A stretch of 64,000 nt of DNA from Chloropicon primus (GCA_023205875.1 CP060771.1:1-64000); one strand, 5' to 3'. Positions 1 to 12,314 are shown, counted from the first letter of the stretch. The notes: generated from the sequence alone by a model not told the origin. Made by a program: numbers and translations.

Positions 1-580
1 AAACCTAAAACCTAAAACCTAAACCTAAAAACCTAAAACCTAAAACCTAAAAACCTAAAACCTAAAACCTAAAACCTAAAACCTAAAAACCTAAAACCTA
101 AAACCTAAAACCTAAAACCTAAAAACCTAAAACCTAAAAACCTAAACCTAAAACCTAAAACCTAAAACCTAAAACCTAAAACCTAAAACCTAAAACCTAA
201 AACCTAAAACCTAAAACCTAAAACCTAAAACCTAAAACCTAAAACCTAAAACCTAAACCTAAAACCTAAAACCTAAAACCTAAAACCTAAAACCTAAAAC
301 CTAAAAACCTAAAACCTAAAACCTAAAACCTAAAACCTAAAACCTAAAACCTAAAACCTAAAACCTAAAACCTAAAACCTAAAACCTAAAACCTAAAACC
401 TAAAACCTAAAACCTAAAACCTAAAACCTAAAACCTAAACCTAAAACCTAAACCTAAAACCTAAAACCTAAAACCTAAAACCTAAACCTAAAACCTAAAA
501 CCTAAACCTAAAAACCTAAAACCTAAAACCTAAAACCTAAACCTAAAACCTAAACCTAAAACCTACAAACCTAAACCTAA
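1..580. repeat. Telomeric repeat array, (AAAACCT)n on + strand = (TTTTAGG)n; chromosome left end
   Basis: Uninterrupted heptamer tandem array from base 1, with occasional A3/A5 variants and degenerate units at 565-580. Confidence 0.98.
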
Positions 581-1278
581 GGAAGGACGACCTGGCCAAG
601 GAAAGGAGCCGGAGAACAAAAGAAGCCTAAGAGAAAGACACCGTCGCATCATTCAAGCTTTCCGTTGTGCCTCCGAGTCACCGCGTTTCCTAAAGCCTTG
701 GGAGTCCTAAAACCTAACGCCTAAAAGGCCCTCTCGTGGGTCCGAAGTGCCTTGAGTAGGGTTTGTCCGAGGAAGAAAGGAAGGAAGTCCTGGCCAAGGA
801 AAGGAGCCGGAGAACAAAAGAAGCCTAAGAGAAAGACACCGTCGCATCATCCAAGCTTTCCCTGGTGCATCCAAGCCACCGCGTTTCCTAAAGCCTTGGG
901 AGTCCTAAAACCTAACGCCTAAAAGGCCCTCTCAAACCAACCTAACAACCTAACAACCTACAAACCTACAAACGTAAGGAAGGACGACCTGGCCAAGGAA
1001 AGGAGCCGGGGAACAAAAGAAGCCTAAGAGAAAGACACCGTCGCATCATCCAAGCTTTCCTTGGTGCCTCCAAAGCACCGCGTTTCCTAAAGCCTTGGGA
1101 GTCCTAAAACCTAACGCCTAAAAGGCCCTCTCGTGGGTCCGAAGTGTCTTGAGTAGGGTTTGCTCGAGGAAGAAAGGAAGGAAGTCCTGGCCAAGGAAAG
1201 GAGCCGGAGAACAAAAGAAGCCTAAGTGAAAGACACCGCCGCATCATACAAGCTTTCCGTGGTGCCTCCAGCCACCGC
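581..1278. repeat. Subtelomeric satellite, ~198-bp monomers arranged as a ~397-bp dimer, ~3.5 copies
   Basis: CCTGGCCAAGGAAAGGAGCC recurs at 591, 789, 988 and 1186. Monomer tails alternate. Complete monomers contain a degenerate telomeric CCTAAAACCTAACGCCTAAAA. Confidence 0.95.
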
Positions 1279-2112
1279 ACTTTTTCTTTCTGGTATAAGT
1301 TTTAAGTGTGATCTGGGTTTTAGTCGGCCATAAACCAGGTCGCATAAGACGACGGATTCCAGCAGAAGAGTGGATCAGGGTAAGGTTTACGATTGGACCT
1401 CTTCATTCTCTGGTGCCCTAGATTGCACTCCACCCGGAACAGGTCTCTCCATCACGGGCTCCATTCACATAACATCATCATCAGCCATGGAGGGCTGTGG
1501 TTTGGGTTTTAGTGGTTCGACAGATGGACCTCTACAGGTTCAAGGACGACGGGAAGATACACCATATTACAAGAGTATCCAAATATAAAATACAAACGCC
1601 TTCTGACAAAGTTTAATAGCCATCGGACACGAACTGGATCCGTCACTCCACTATTCGTACCAAAAAATAGGCCCCAAAATAGGCAATAAAGGCAACAGAA
1701 TCATATCATACACATCTACATTACACAATCAAGTCACCATTTACCAAACCAAGAGGATCCAAGCCACGCACTACTACCCACAAGCACCTCTCCTTGCCTC
1801 CCCTGATCTCCCACCCCCCCTGCATCACCCTCAACACCGTCCTCGACACCGGTGCTTGCTAAGCACTGCTTGGGCCCTTCCCCCGCTCCAACGGCCCACA
1901 CGTCGACGTGAAACTCACGAAACTTCTTCCAAGCCCAATCCACTCTTTGGCAAACATTGCCCCTCCTCTTCCCTCTCTCCCCTCCCCTGTCACGTCCTCG
2001 TGATCCCCCTCCTCCTCCTCCTCCTCCTCCTCTGCTCCTGCTCTGCCAGCTCACGCACACGTTGCTTTTCGCTTTCGATCGACTAAGCTCTCGACGGACC
2101 TCAACCGACACT

Positions 2113-2158
<46 letters not shown>

Positions 2159-2242
2159 GGCCGAGTCGTGTGGAGGAGCAGACCCAGACCTAGACCCAGA
2201 CCCAGACCCGGACGCACGCACCTGACCGCACCGCCCGTCGTC

Positions 2243-3515
2243 ATGCTCTTGCGGCAGAGAGCCTCTGGTGGATGCGCGGGGAGGAGGCGAGGCTTCCTCC
2301 AGCTCCAGTCCTCCGGCTCGGCGAGGGTCCAGGGCCGGCACAACCACGGCGGGGGCCGTGATCCCTTCCACTGGGGTGCGGACAGGCGCAACGTCTGTCG
2401 GTTGGCCGTGAAGGAGAACGGCAAGGGCAACGACGGGTCTCCTGCCGAGTCGAGCCAGGCTCAGCAGCAGCAGCAGCAGCAGCAGAAGGAGGAGAAGAAG
2501 AAGACGGAGACTGCAACGGTTGGAGCGGACGCTTACCTCGAGCTCGAGGAGGAGGTGCAGGGCATGGAGCATCTCGTCCGCCAGTCCTTGCGGTCGCAGC
2601 TTACGGGTGGAGTCCAGGCGACCACGGCGACGCTGGACCTGCCGGAGCCTCAAGTGGCTGTCCGCAATCTGGTGGAGTACGCCAAGCATGCTCACATGAG
2701 CACGGTGATGAGCAAGGCCCAGCACCGGCGGGCGGGGTACCCCTTTGGGAGCATCGTGGAGTTTGCCGTGGACGCGGAGGGGGCGCCCGTCTTCGCCATG
2801 TCCTCCCTCGCCATTCACACGAGGAACGTCCTCGCCAATCCCAGGTGTGCGATACAGATTCACGCGCCAGGTAAGTGGAAGCCAGCCACCCCCCACAAAC
2901 CAAAGCAAACCTGGCTTGACTGACTCGTCCTCTCTCTCTCTCTTCCTTTCCTTTCCTTTCCTTTCCTTTCCTTGCTTGCTTGCTTGCTTGCTGGTAGGCT
3001 GGACGGGGCTGAACAACTCGAGGGTGACGCTCTTCGGCGACGTGTACCCGGTCTCCCCGGAGAGCGCCTCGGACGCCAACGAGCTGTTCGCCAGCAAGAG
3101 GAGGAAGCTGACGCCGAGGGGAGCGAGCGGCGGCGCGTCGTCGCAGTCGGACTCCACGAGGATTCCCCTGGCGAACACGAGGTACTTCGTGATGGACAAG
3201 ATTGTGGACGTCCTGTTCGTGGGCGGGTACGGGACGGTGACCTGGATCAACCCCAAGGACTACAAGGGGGCGGAGCCCGACTTCATACTGGAGGACATGT
3301 CTCACGTCATCAAGACGTGCAACGAGACGTTCGCCCACTCCATCAAGAAGGTCGTGAACGCCGACGACGTGGTCTTCATCTCCGTGGACAAGAAGGGGGT
3401 GGAGCTCCGAGTCAGGGAGGGCATGGAGGACACGGTGAGGAGGCTGGTGTTCAAGAAGCACTGCTACACGGTCGACGACATCATCAAGGAGCTCCGCGAC
3501 ATCATCAAGGTCTAG
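2243..3515 (+). CDS. Pyridoxamine 5'-phosphate oxidase-like / HugZ-type split-barrel protein, probably organellar; exons 2243-2870 and 2998-3515
   Basis: Spliced product reads GYPFGSIVEFAVD...SSLAIHTRNVLANPRC...PGWTGLNNSRVTLFGDVYP and LFVGGYGTVTWI, typical of the plant PNPOx-like family. GT-AG intron 2871-2997 has CTGAC at 2920. N-terminus resembles a transit peptide. Confidence 0.85.
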
Positions 3516-3621
3516 ACGCGGTAAGCAGCGGGTGGTTTTAATGTAGACGAGTGAAAACTAAAGGTGCGACGATAACAAGGACAACGCGACGAAAAAAACA
3601 CCACCCTATAAAGGTGCGAGA

Positions 3622-4695
3622 TTACTTGATTCTGAACGAGTCCACGATCTTCCTGGCGGCGTCCTCGGCGGCCTCCCTGGTCTCCGCGTCGCCCCCCATC
3701 TCGGTGGTCACCGCCAGCCAGTACACCTTCCCACCTCCCGCGGCCAGCACCAGCCTGACCCTCTCCCTCCCCCCCGCCTCGCCGGCCTCCTTGACCCTGG
3801 TGAAGTTGTACGTGTAATAGAACTTTGGCGGAGGGGTGTACATGCCTGCCATGGTCCCCGTGTCCCTGGCCGGTGCGCTGACCTTCCTGTTCGTGATGGA
3901 AAGGTCCCCAATCGACCCGCCGCTCGGGAGGACCAGGGAACCCACCTCCTCCACGCCCCCGTACTGGGTGATGTCGGTCACCTGGACGAGCGTCGGCTTG
4001 AACTGGGCACCCACGGTGTACGCCACGTACACGTTGACCACGTCGTCCGGACTGCTGAACTTGGCGAGCACGCCATTCGTCTTGGCCCCGATCCTCTTGC
4101 CTGGCGCACTGATCCCAAACCCAAGGTAAGCCGGGCCCGAGTCCCCCTCCCCCTCCGCCTCACCTCCGGTCGCCGTGGACGCTTTCCTCGCCTCCTCCTC
4201 CATGTCCTGCTCCGTGTAGGACTCCGGCACCCCGATTCGGAAGGCCCTGTAGTCCCTCACCCTCGTGACCTCCTCCCTCCTCCTCCCGCCGTCCTCCACG
4301 CCCAACGCCGGCGCCATCATCCCACCGGCCTCCTGCAATGCCGTTCCCCCTTCCTGCCTCTGCTCCGTCCCCAGTACCTCCTCCAACGCCACAGCGGGGT
4401 GTTCCACCACCCCACCCGTCACCCCAGTCATCACAGCACACGCCACCCCCACTCTCCACCCCCACATCTCCCTCCTCCCTCCCTCCTCCCTCCCATCCCC
4501 ACCATCCTTCCTGCTGGTCCCCTCATCCTTCCTGCTGGCCTTCCTGGTTGTGTTCCACCTCCTGGTGTTGTTGATGTTGTTGCTGGTGGTGATGAAGGTG
4601 TTTGGCTTTATTCTGTTGGTCCGATGTGTCCTGCCCCTCGTTGCTCTTGGCCTCGTCGTTGCCTTGGCCTCGCCTGAACACACCACCGGCGCCAT
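3622..4695 (-). CDS. PPD5: PsbP-domain thylakoid lumen protein, PPD5-like
   Basis: Bipartite transit peptide (RR, hydrophobic stretch, AVA). YRAFRIGVPESY, KPTLVQVTDITQYG, YYTYNF and C-terminal IVDSFRIK match the PsbP fold. Start at MAPVV is inferred. Confidence 0.7.
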   Translation of the reverse strand: MAPVVCSGEAKATTRPRATRGRTHRTNRIKPNTFITTSNNINNTRRWNTTRKASRKDEGTSRKDGGDGREEGGRREMWGWRVGVACAVMTGVTGGVVEHPAVALEEVLGTEQRQEGGTALQEAGGMMAPALGVEDGGRRREEVTRVRDYRAFRIGVPESYTEQDMEEEARKASTATGGEAEGEGDSGPAYLGFGISAPGKRIGAKTNGVLAKFSSPDDVVNVYVAYTVGAQFKPTLVQVTDITQYGGVEEVGSLVLPSGGSIGDLSITNRKVSAPARDTGTMAGMYTPPPKFYYTYNFTRVKEAGEAGGRERVRLVLAAGGGKVYWLAVTTEMGGDAETREAAEDAARKIVDSFRIK

Positions 4696-4884
4696 CGTCC
4701 TCCTCCACTGCCCACAACACCAAAGGCAGAGGAGCAGGCGCTTCCCTTGAGAAACAAAAAGAAACACACACGACACGACGACACGAGGACGAAACACGAG
4801 GAGGACGAGGAAGGGAACCAACCAACCAACAACACCCGTTACCATCATCATACGTTAGCCATCACCATCCGTGAGCATCGTCTA

Positions 4885-4951
4885 TCAATAGCTTCATCAT
4901 CAATAGCTTCATCATCAATAGCTTCATCATCAATAGCATCATCATCAATAA
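4885..4951. repeat. 15-bp tandem repeat (TCAATAGCTTCATCA), ~4.5 copies
   Basis: Read directly; lies in the divergent promoter region between the PPD5-like and DHHC genes. Confidence 0.9.
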
Positions 4952-5083
4952 TCCATCGTTGATGAGGAGGGAGGGTTGAAGAGCAGGGAAGCGACACGGC
5001 AAGCGCAGGGTCTGTCGCATCGCATCGCATCGCATCGCATCGTGTCGTGTCGTGCTGGTGGTGTGAGGAAGGACGGGGGTGGG

Positions 5084-6490
5084 ATGTTGTCCTACGTGTG
5101 GAGTGTCCTTGGGTTGGACAAGGAGGGAGGGGGGTTGGCCTTGTTCCTCTTGGGTTACCTCGGGTTCATGGCGTTCATCGTGTTCTCGGTGCTGTTCGGG
5201 GAGGCGGAGGCCTTGGAGAAAACGGTGGTCGGATGGTGCAACAGGTTCCTCATGGGTGGATGGTACGACGCGGTGGTGGGAGTGGCGGGGAGGCTGCCCT
5301 GTCTGGGCAAAGCCTGTGGCGCGGGGCTAAGGGTAAGTGCGCACGCCTTTGTGTGAGGACAATCCGCAACCACATCCGCATCCGGGTGGACGGCTCGGTC
5401 GAACAATCCATCCATCCATCCATCCATCCATCCACCGCAGTCGATCGTACTGCATTGCTTGCGCACGGGACTGACGCACGCACCTCGGATGAAATGGCTC
5501 CCTCTCTCTCTCTCCTTGTCCTTGTCCTTGTCCTTGTTGTTGTGGCAGGCCGCGGAGGAAGAGTGCTGCGGAACGCCCAACCCCTTCATGCAGGTGCTTT
5601 ACCTCGGCCTGGTCGCGGGGGGCTACCACGTGGCGAACATCTACGTCCTATCGGAGCAGGAGGCTGAGGCTGGATTGACCCCGACCTCGTCGGCATCATG
5701 GGGCTGGGCCCTTGCCCTCCTGCTGGAGAGGGCCGTGGCCGTTGCCCTCCTGCCCAGCCTCGTGGTCCTGGGACTGGTGCTCTTTGCGCTCACGTCCTTC
5801 TCGGATCCGGGAACCCTGACGAAGCAAAACTGCGAGGCCAAGGCCAAGGCTTACCCGATGGATGGCGTCCTGTACGAGGAGAAGGACTGCGGGACGTGCC
5901 TGCTGAGGAGGCCGGCGAGGTCCAAGCACTGCAGCGTCTGCGGCCGATGCGTCTGCAGGTTCGACCACCACTGCCCCTGGGTGAACAACTGCGTCGGGGA
6001 GAGGAACTTGAAGTACTTCCTGCTCTTCCTCCTGGTGCACTTTGCCTTGTGCTCCTACGTCAGCTGCATCATCGTCGCCCACGTGAGGCGGCAGTACCAC
6101 CGGAGGTTCGACTTTGGGCAGGGCAGTCCTCTGGGGTGGGGGGAGTGGATCCTCCTCGTCCTTCACTTTTGCTTCAACTCCTACCCGATCCAGGCGGTCG
6201 CCACGATCATGACCACCGTGCTGGCGATCATGCTGGGCGGGTTCCTCGGGTACCACCTCAGGCTCGCGGCGATCAACATCACGACCAACGAGATGTTCAA
6301 GTTCGAGAGGATCGAGTGCTACGAGAGGGCGGAGCTGGAGAAGAGGGGCGGGGCTGGTGCCGCCGCGAGGACTTGGCTCGGTTGGCTCGGGGACACGGTG
6401 AGCTCCGTGACCCACAGGAACCGGGTGCGTAGGAACATGTACGACAGGGGCTGCCTAGGGAATTTTGGCAGCATAATCTTTCCGGCGTGA
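5084..6490 (+). CDS. DHHC-type protein S-acyltransferase (palmitoyltransferase); exons 5084-5332 and 5549-6490
   Basis: CGTC...RPARSKHCSVCGRCVCRFDHHCPWVNNCVG plus TTNE motif and several TM segments. Phase-0 GT-AG intron 5333-5548 with CTGAC at 5471. Confidence 0.95.
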
Positions 6491-6718
6491 AGGGTGTGTT
6501 GGTTTAGGGCTCCACCCAAAAGAAGAAAAACGACTAAGTGTGTGTATATTGGAACAACAACAAAAAGAACTACTATCTATGGGGTCTTGTGTTTTACTTT
6601 TTTTTCTTTCATTTTTTTTTGCCGATGATAGTCTCTCTCTCTCTCTCTTTGGTACACGCGCGCGCTGCTTGCCTTGCCATGCCAGCATCATCCTCGTCGT
6701 CTGCATCACCGCCGCCCT

Positions 6719-7828
6719 CTAGGAGAGGATGGTGGTCTTCGCTATGAGGGAGGTGACGACGTAGGGGTCCATGTTGCTCGCTGGCCTCCTGTCCTCCATG
6801 TAGCCCTTCCCGTCCCTCTCGGTGTCCCTGCCGACCCTGACGCTTGCACCTCTGTTGGCCACTCCCCAGGAGAACGCGTCGATGGAAGCGGTCTCGTGGG
6901 CCCCGGTCAGCCTCCTCTCGTTGCCCTCGCCGTAGGCCTTGATGTGCTCCATGTGCTTCTCCTCGAGCTTGCCGATGGCCTTCTTGATGTGGGCCATGCC
7001 CCCGTCCGCCCTCATGGACTTGGTGGAGTAGTTAGTGTGGGCCCCGCTGCCGTTCCAGTCGCCGGGGATCGGCTTGGGGTCCAAGGACACGACGACTCCT
7101 GCCATCTCGCAGATCCTCTCCAGGAGGTACCTGCTGATCCACATCTGGTCCCCGCTCTCGATTCCGGTGCAGGGGCCTATCTGGTACTCCCACTGGGAGG
7201 GCATCACCTCCCCGTTCGTTCCGCTGATGTTCAGGCCGGCGTACAGGCAGGCCTTGAAGTGCGCGTCGCAGATCTCCCTGCCGCTGATCTTGTTGGCGCC
7301 CACCGCGCAGTAGTACGGACCCTGGGGCCCCGGGAACCCCTGCTCGGGCCAGCCGAGGGGCCAGTTGGTCTTCGCGTCGAGCAGCGCGTACTCCTGCTCG
7401 ATCCCGTACCACGGCTCCTCCCCCTTCACCTTGGGGTCCTCGAAGATCTTGGCCGCCGCGCGCCTGGAGTTGGTCTTCAGGGCGTTCCCGAACGGGTCCT
7501 CGCACTCGCACATGCAAAGCAGGTGCTGCCCACCCCTGAAGGGGTCCCTGTAAATCGCCTTGGGCACCAGGATGACCTCCGAGTCCTCCCCCCCGGCCTG
7601 GCCGGTCGAGGACCCGTCGAAGTTCCACTTACTGAGCTGGTCGACGGAGGTCACCCTCTTGGTCACGACCCTGGCCTTGGACCTGCAGTTCTCCATCGTC
7701 CCGTCGATCCAGATGTACTCCACCACCGTCGAGCTCAAGGGCGTAGGCATCTTCAGCAACTCCTCCACGGAGGTCGCACCCGTGTGCTCCTTCACGTCCT
7801 CCATCGCGATCCCGTTCCCCTTCGTCAT
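6719..7828 (-). CDS. GLN1: Glutamine synthetase type II (no transit peptide, probably cytosolic)
   Basis: [63 protein letters not shown]. Confidence 0.97.
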   Translation of the reverse strand: MTKGNGIAMEDVKEHTGATSVEELLKMPTPLSSTVVEYIWIDGTMENCRSKARVVTKRVTSVDQLSKWNFDGSSTGQAGGEDSEVILVPKAIYRDPFRGGQHLLCMCECEDPFGNALKTNSRRAAAKIFEDPKVKGEEPWYGIEQEYALLDAKTNWPLGWPEQGFPGPQGPYYCAVGANKISGREICDAHFKACLYAGLNISGTNGEVMPSQWEYQIGPCTGIESGDQMWISRYLLERICEMAGVVVSLDPKPIPGDWNGSGAHTNYSTKSMRADGGMAHIKKAIGKLEEKHMEHIKAYGEGNERRLTGAHETASIDAFSWGVANRGASVRVGRDTERDGKGYMEDRRPASNMDPYVVTSLIAKTTILS

Positions 7829-8881
7829 GCTCTCGTGCTCCGTCTCTCTCGTGCGCGTGCCCTCTTAGCGATTATCGCTTGCCGTTGTCGTCCGTCGGTT
7901 ACGTTCCTCTGCTCCTCTCCTCTGCTCCTCTGCTTTTTCTCTTGTCAATCTTCTTGGCCGCAGCACGTGGGGGAAATGTGTGGCTCACAGCTTCGCTTCG
8001 TTCAAGATCAAGATGAGATGAACGAGGAAGGAGGAAGGAGGAAGGAGGAAAGGAAGGAGGAAGGAGGAAGGAGGACAAGAGAAAGGGAACCGGGACACCT
8101 TGCTTTTCTTGCTTTCTGGGGTACTTCCCTTGCTGGGTCGAACAACTGTGGCTTCAGAGCTTCAGAGACGACGACTCAAACAAATTCTTCCAGGCGTTAC
8201 GACCAACAGGACCACCGTTGTCCCGCGCGCTCAAGCAGGAGAAAGGAAGCAAGTCTCTGCTCCTTGAAACAACGAAGTGAGGCCTCGTTCGACTCCCCCA
8301 AGGCATGGAAAGAAAGAACGGTTATTGTTGTGCGGGAGAAGGAGCGGAGAGATCGATCGAGGGTTTGGTCAGCTTCAAACTGTAGAGTTGGCTCTGAAGA
8401 TCCGGATGTAGAAGGACCTGGTTTACGACGACGTAGTGATCTTGTTCTCTCCTCCTGTACGCACCCGATTCCAGTGAAAGAAAGGACAGTTCCGACATCG
8501 CATCACCAGTCAGTCCAGCCGTCCCTTGCTTGATCGATCCTGCGACCGTGACGCCCCGTCCAACCCCCCCCCCTTCGTGCCAACTTGGCACTGCCAGGTG
8601 AGTCAGGCTCACGAAGAGAGCGAGAAGAAGAGAGAGAGAGAGTCCGAGCCAGAGCTAGAGAGGCACTGCATTGATCCCATTCCCCCTGGATTGATCCCCT
8701 CCGTCCTCCGCCCTCTGTCCTCCATCCTCCTCCTTTGCTCCTTTGGTGTCCGTTGGCCTCTTCTTCTTCTGCTGGTTTTGTTTTCGAACGGAGGGAGAGA
8801 CAGACGAAGAGATAGAGACAGAGACCGCTCCTCCACTCCAGACGAAGACGAAGACGAGGACGAGGACGAGAGCGGAGGAGA

Positions 8882-10072
8882 ATGGACGAGAACAACGCAC
8901 CGTCGGGTTCGTTCCTGACCTCCCTCTCCTTGGAGGAACCGGCGCTTGACTTCCAACAAGAGCAAGAGCAAGAACAAGAACAAGAACAAGAGGGCCAAGA
9001 TGAGGTGGAGGTGTTCATGGAAGAACAAAGGAAGAGGAGGGAGGAGCTTGCGGGGTACGTGAACAAAGTTCAGGAGGACGCGAGGTCTCTTCTGGGCAAC
9101 CACGACCGTGGGGAAGCCGGGAGGGAGGAAAGCCTCGTCCAAACGATAGCCTCCATGGTGAAGACGAACGTGAAGAACAAGCGGAACTTCCTCAAGGACT
9201 TGCAGGAGTACTCGAGCAGGAAGGCTGGACTCGCGGAGGAGGGGGAGAAGCCGTGGGAGGCGGACGAGAAGATCAACACCGGGCTGGACAAGATCAAGAA
9301 GCTCGACGATAAGCTCAAGGGGGTCGAGGACAAGCTCAAGATCTTGTCCGCGGAGCTCTCGGCGTCGGGCTCCGGGAGTGCCGGGGAGGGGAGCAGCGAG
9401 GGAACCGCCGCGGTGGCCAAGCACAAGTCCAACTTCATGAAGGCCAGGCAGCTGAAGCGGGTCCTGGGACCCGTGTCCGAGAGGACGGACCTCACGGCGC
9501 ACGAGAAGAGGAACGCGGCTGCGGTGGCCCTGGGGACGGACGCCGGGCGGTGGTTCACCCTGAGCGAGGAGGACGAGAAGCTGGTGGAGGAGGTGCTGTC
9601 GAGGGACGACGACGACTTCGAGAACGAGGAGGACCCGTACCAGGACGTCTTCCTCGGGACGGACCTCCTTGGCCCGGAGGAGGACCAGGAGGGCGGGGCC
9701 ACCTCCTCCCCCTCCCCGTCGCTCTCCGGAGCGGCGGGGCGCATGGCGGAGATCGACAGGAAGCTGGAGGAGTACTCCCAGTGCGGAAGCGTGCCCCCCA
9801 CGCCGAAGATGAGCTTGTCCTCCCTGTCCCTCCCCTCCTCCTCGTCTCCAGACTCGGTGATCTCGCCCAACTCGAAGAAGCAGTCTTACGTGCAGGAGGC
9901 CAGGGAGGTGAGGGCCCTGCTCCGGATGGAAAGGGACCTGGACGCCAAGATAGCGCACCTCAGGCAGTCGGAGCTCGTGCTGGTACCGAGGGAGGAGATT
10001 GACATGCTGCTGCTGAACCTCTACAACACCTCCGCACCGGCCGGGGAAGAAGTCGCCGTGGTGGCGAGCTAG
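8882..10072 (+). CDS. Coiled-coil protein, possibly FSIP1 (fibrous sheath-interacting protein 1) family
   Basis: 396-aa ORF with typical codon bias. Segments LDKIKKLDDKL, MAEIDRKLEEY and ERDLDAKIAHL recall FSIP1; family call is tentative. Confidence 0.55.
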   Translation: MDENNAPSGSFLTSLSLEEPALDFQQEQEQEQEQEQEGQDEVEVFMEEQRKRREELAGYVNKVQEDARSLLGNHDRGEAGREESLVQTIASMVKTNVKNKRNFLKDLQEYSSRKAGLAEEGEKPWEADEKINTGLDKIKKLDDKLKGVEDKLKILSAELSASGSGSAGEGSSEGTAAVAKHKSNFMKARQLKRVLGPVSERTDLTAHEKRNAAAVALGTDAGRWFTLSEEDEKLVEEVLSRDDDDFENEEDPYQDVFLGTDLLGPEEDQEGGATSSPSPSLSGAAGRMAEIDRKLEEYSQCGSVPPTPKMSLSSLSLPSSSSPDSVISPNSKKQSYVQEAREVRALLRMERDLDAKIAHLRQSELVLVPREEIDMLLLNLYNTSAPAGEEVAVVAS

Positions 10073-10138
10073 AGCTTTTGCAGCACGAGAACCGTTAAAG
10101 TTACACAGAGAGTAGTTGAGTTAATTTATTTTTTGCTT

Positions 10139-12112
10139 TTACGCCATGGGGATGACGAGCCACTGGAAGAACGAGCACGACACAGTGAAGGTGACCACTG
10201 ATATGGCCATCTGGATCAGCACGAGCTGGGCCAGGGACTCCCCCTGCTCCAGCCTGCCGTGCACCAGCAGCAGCATGACGACGTTCTGGGCGGTCGGCAC
10301 GGCGCTCTCCACCAGGATCACCAGCTGCATGATGGGCGTGTGCCCTTGGATGTCCGGCACCAGCTTGAGGGCGTTGAGGCACCACCACCACCCCAGGCCC
10401 ACAAAGGGCATGAGAAGCGTCCTTCCCAGAAGGATCGCCGTCGTCGCCGAGGCGGAGAAGCCTTGGTGGCCGTTCTTTTGGCCCTGCGGCGTGTCCGGAT
10501 CCCCCTCCCCTTCGGCCCCCTTGGCCTCCGCCACCGTCATCTTGATCGCCTTTTTCCGCAGCCCCTTCATGTACCTCAGAGTCGCCGTGCCGGAGAGCAT
10601 GAGCATCGAAACCGGAACTTGAGCCTGGCCCAAGGTGGAGAAAGCGTCGTACACGAAGTAGAGCGGGGGGACCTTGGTCGAGTCGCTGCCGCTGATGATC
10701 AGCAGGCTCTTCAGGGCGGGGATGCTGGCCAGGAAGATGGCGGACACCGCGGCCTGCAGGGCGGGGGTGCGAGCCAGCCGCACGAGAAGGACCAAGATCC
10801 AGTCCGTTACACTCGTGTACGTGGATTTGACCCTCCTCGCGCTCGTGTACACAAAGGTTGCAGCACGCTTGATCGGGCTCTTGACCTCCTCCCCGCCGTC
10901 CCCCCCGACCTCGCCGCCGCTAGTTCCGAGCAGGGCCTGGCGCATGCTGTCGCCCCCTCCATCCCGAGGGTCGCCCCCTTCGCTGTTGGCCATGCCCGGC
11001 GGTGCCCCACCCTCCTCCAGGAACCTCTCCCGCTGCAGGTCCTCCTTGGAGCTGCTGATGTAGTGAAGGTACTGCTCGATCGTGTCCCTGAGCTTGTGGG
11101 TGGGGGAAGACCCCATCTCCACCGCCAGGCTGTGGTCGCACTCCAGGGCGAGGTGGGACTGGACCTTCTTCAGGCCGTCGTGGCCGAGCTTGATGGTGTA
11201 GGAGGGTCTCGTCAGCGGGGTGCTCCTCCTGGTGAGTCCCCCCGAGCCGGGGAAAAGGACCCGGGCGCTGTCCCTCAGGTGGGGGGGCGGGTAGGGGGAG
11301 ACCCTGCAGAGGTAATCCTCGCTGGGAGACTCCTCCGTGCTCGTCCTCCTCCTCGTGTGCATGCCTCCGGTCTCGTCCTCCTCGGTGATCTCGACGTCCT
11401 CCGTCGCCGCCGTGGCGACGGACGTCCTCGCGCTGCCCGACCCCCCCGCTGCCCCCTCGCTGGCCTCCGGGTCGCCGGCCTCGCACAAGCCGGGGTCCTC
11501 GCGGCGGGGCTCCGGGTCGTCGTCCAGGCTGACCATGAGGCTCTCGCCCCAGGTGAACATCAAGAGGTTCTGGGTGATGAGGTAGAAGGCGATGTACGAG
11601 ATGGCGATGGAGCTGCACTCCTGCTGGGAGCCGGCCAGGGACGCCAGGGACTCGGAGTGGCAGAGGGAGTCCAGGACCGCGATGGCGAGGGCTCCTACAT
11701 TTCCGAACATCGTGGAAGCGATCCCGACCCTCCTCTCCTGGTTGCTCTGGACGCAGAGCAGCCTGCCGAAGACCTCGCCCACGACGAACCCCGAGGTGAC
11801 GTGAAGGAAGCAGGAGAAGGGCAGGATCCACAGCAAGTGGAGCCTCTCCACGGTGAACTCGTACAAAATTTTGCTGAAGAGGAGGCAAGGCAGCGAGATG
11901 TGGTACACGAGCTTTCCCATATCGCTCACCCCCTTGGAGTCGAAGACCCCCTTGAAGGCAAAGAAGGACCCCATCAGCACGAGGAACGCCACCGACAAGT
12001 TCGCCTCCGTCGTCGCCTTCAGCACCAGCGCCAGGGAAGACGACGACGAGGAGAGGAGGAGGAGGACGACGACGAATCATAGCCACCCGTCATCGTTGCC
12101 GATTCTTCCATC
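10139..12112 (-). CDS. PIN-LIKES (PILS)/auxin efflux carrier family (Mem_trans) transporter; 5' end appears frameshifted near 12053
   Basis: Two hydrophobic blocks (KLVYHISLPCLLFSKI, FGNVGALAIA; LGQAQVPVSMLML, LVESAVPTAQN) flank a long cytosolic loop. An in-frame TGA lies upstream of the N-terminal helix, and the likely start (MEESATMTGGYDSSS) is one base out of frame. Confidence 0.85.
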
Positions 12113-12278
12113 CCCGTCACCATCGCCAATGGACCTGGACCTGAACCTGGACCTGGACTCTCCCCCCAACTCCACGCGTCTCCAGGCAAGCCGAGCCGAG
12201 CCCCACCGAGCAAAGCAAAGCAAAGCGAAAGAGGGAGAGACTCGTTCCGCCCCCGTCGTCGTCTTCCTCGCCGCCGTC

Positions 12279-12314
<36 letters not shown>

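Noticed and set aside
581..1278. CRISPR-like regularly spaced repeats
   Set aside because: The whole ~198-bp unit repeats, with no unique spacers and no cas genes; the context is a eukaryotic subtelomere.
1370..1588. 72-aa subtelomeric ORF
   Set aside because: Non-ATG start, atypical composition, no recognisable domain or retroelement motif.
6674..8533. Long antisense or alternate-frame ORFs (also 10259-12082, 12381-13826, 28882-30609, 54745-56934)
   Set aside because: Shadow ORFs produced by high GC3 opposite well-supported genes; no motifs.
7830..8880. Possible ncRNA in the 1-kb spacer upstream of glutamine synthetase
   Set aside because: No tRNA, snRNA or snoRNA signature recognised; likely a divergent promoter/UTR with a possible 5' UTR intron (GTGAGT at ~8598).
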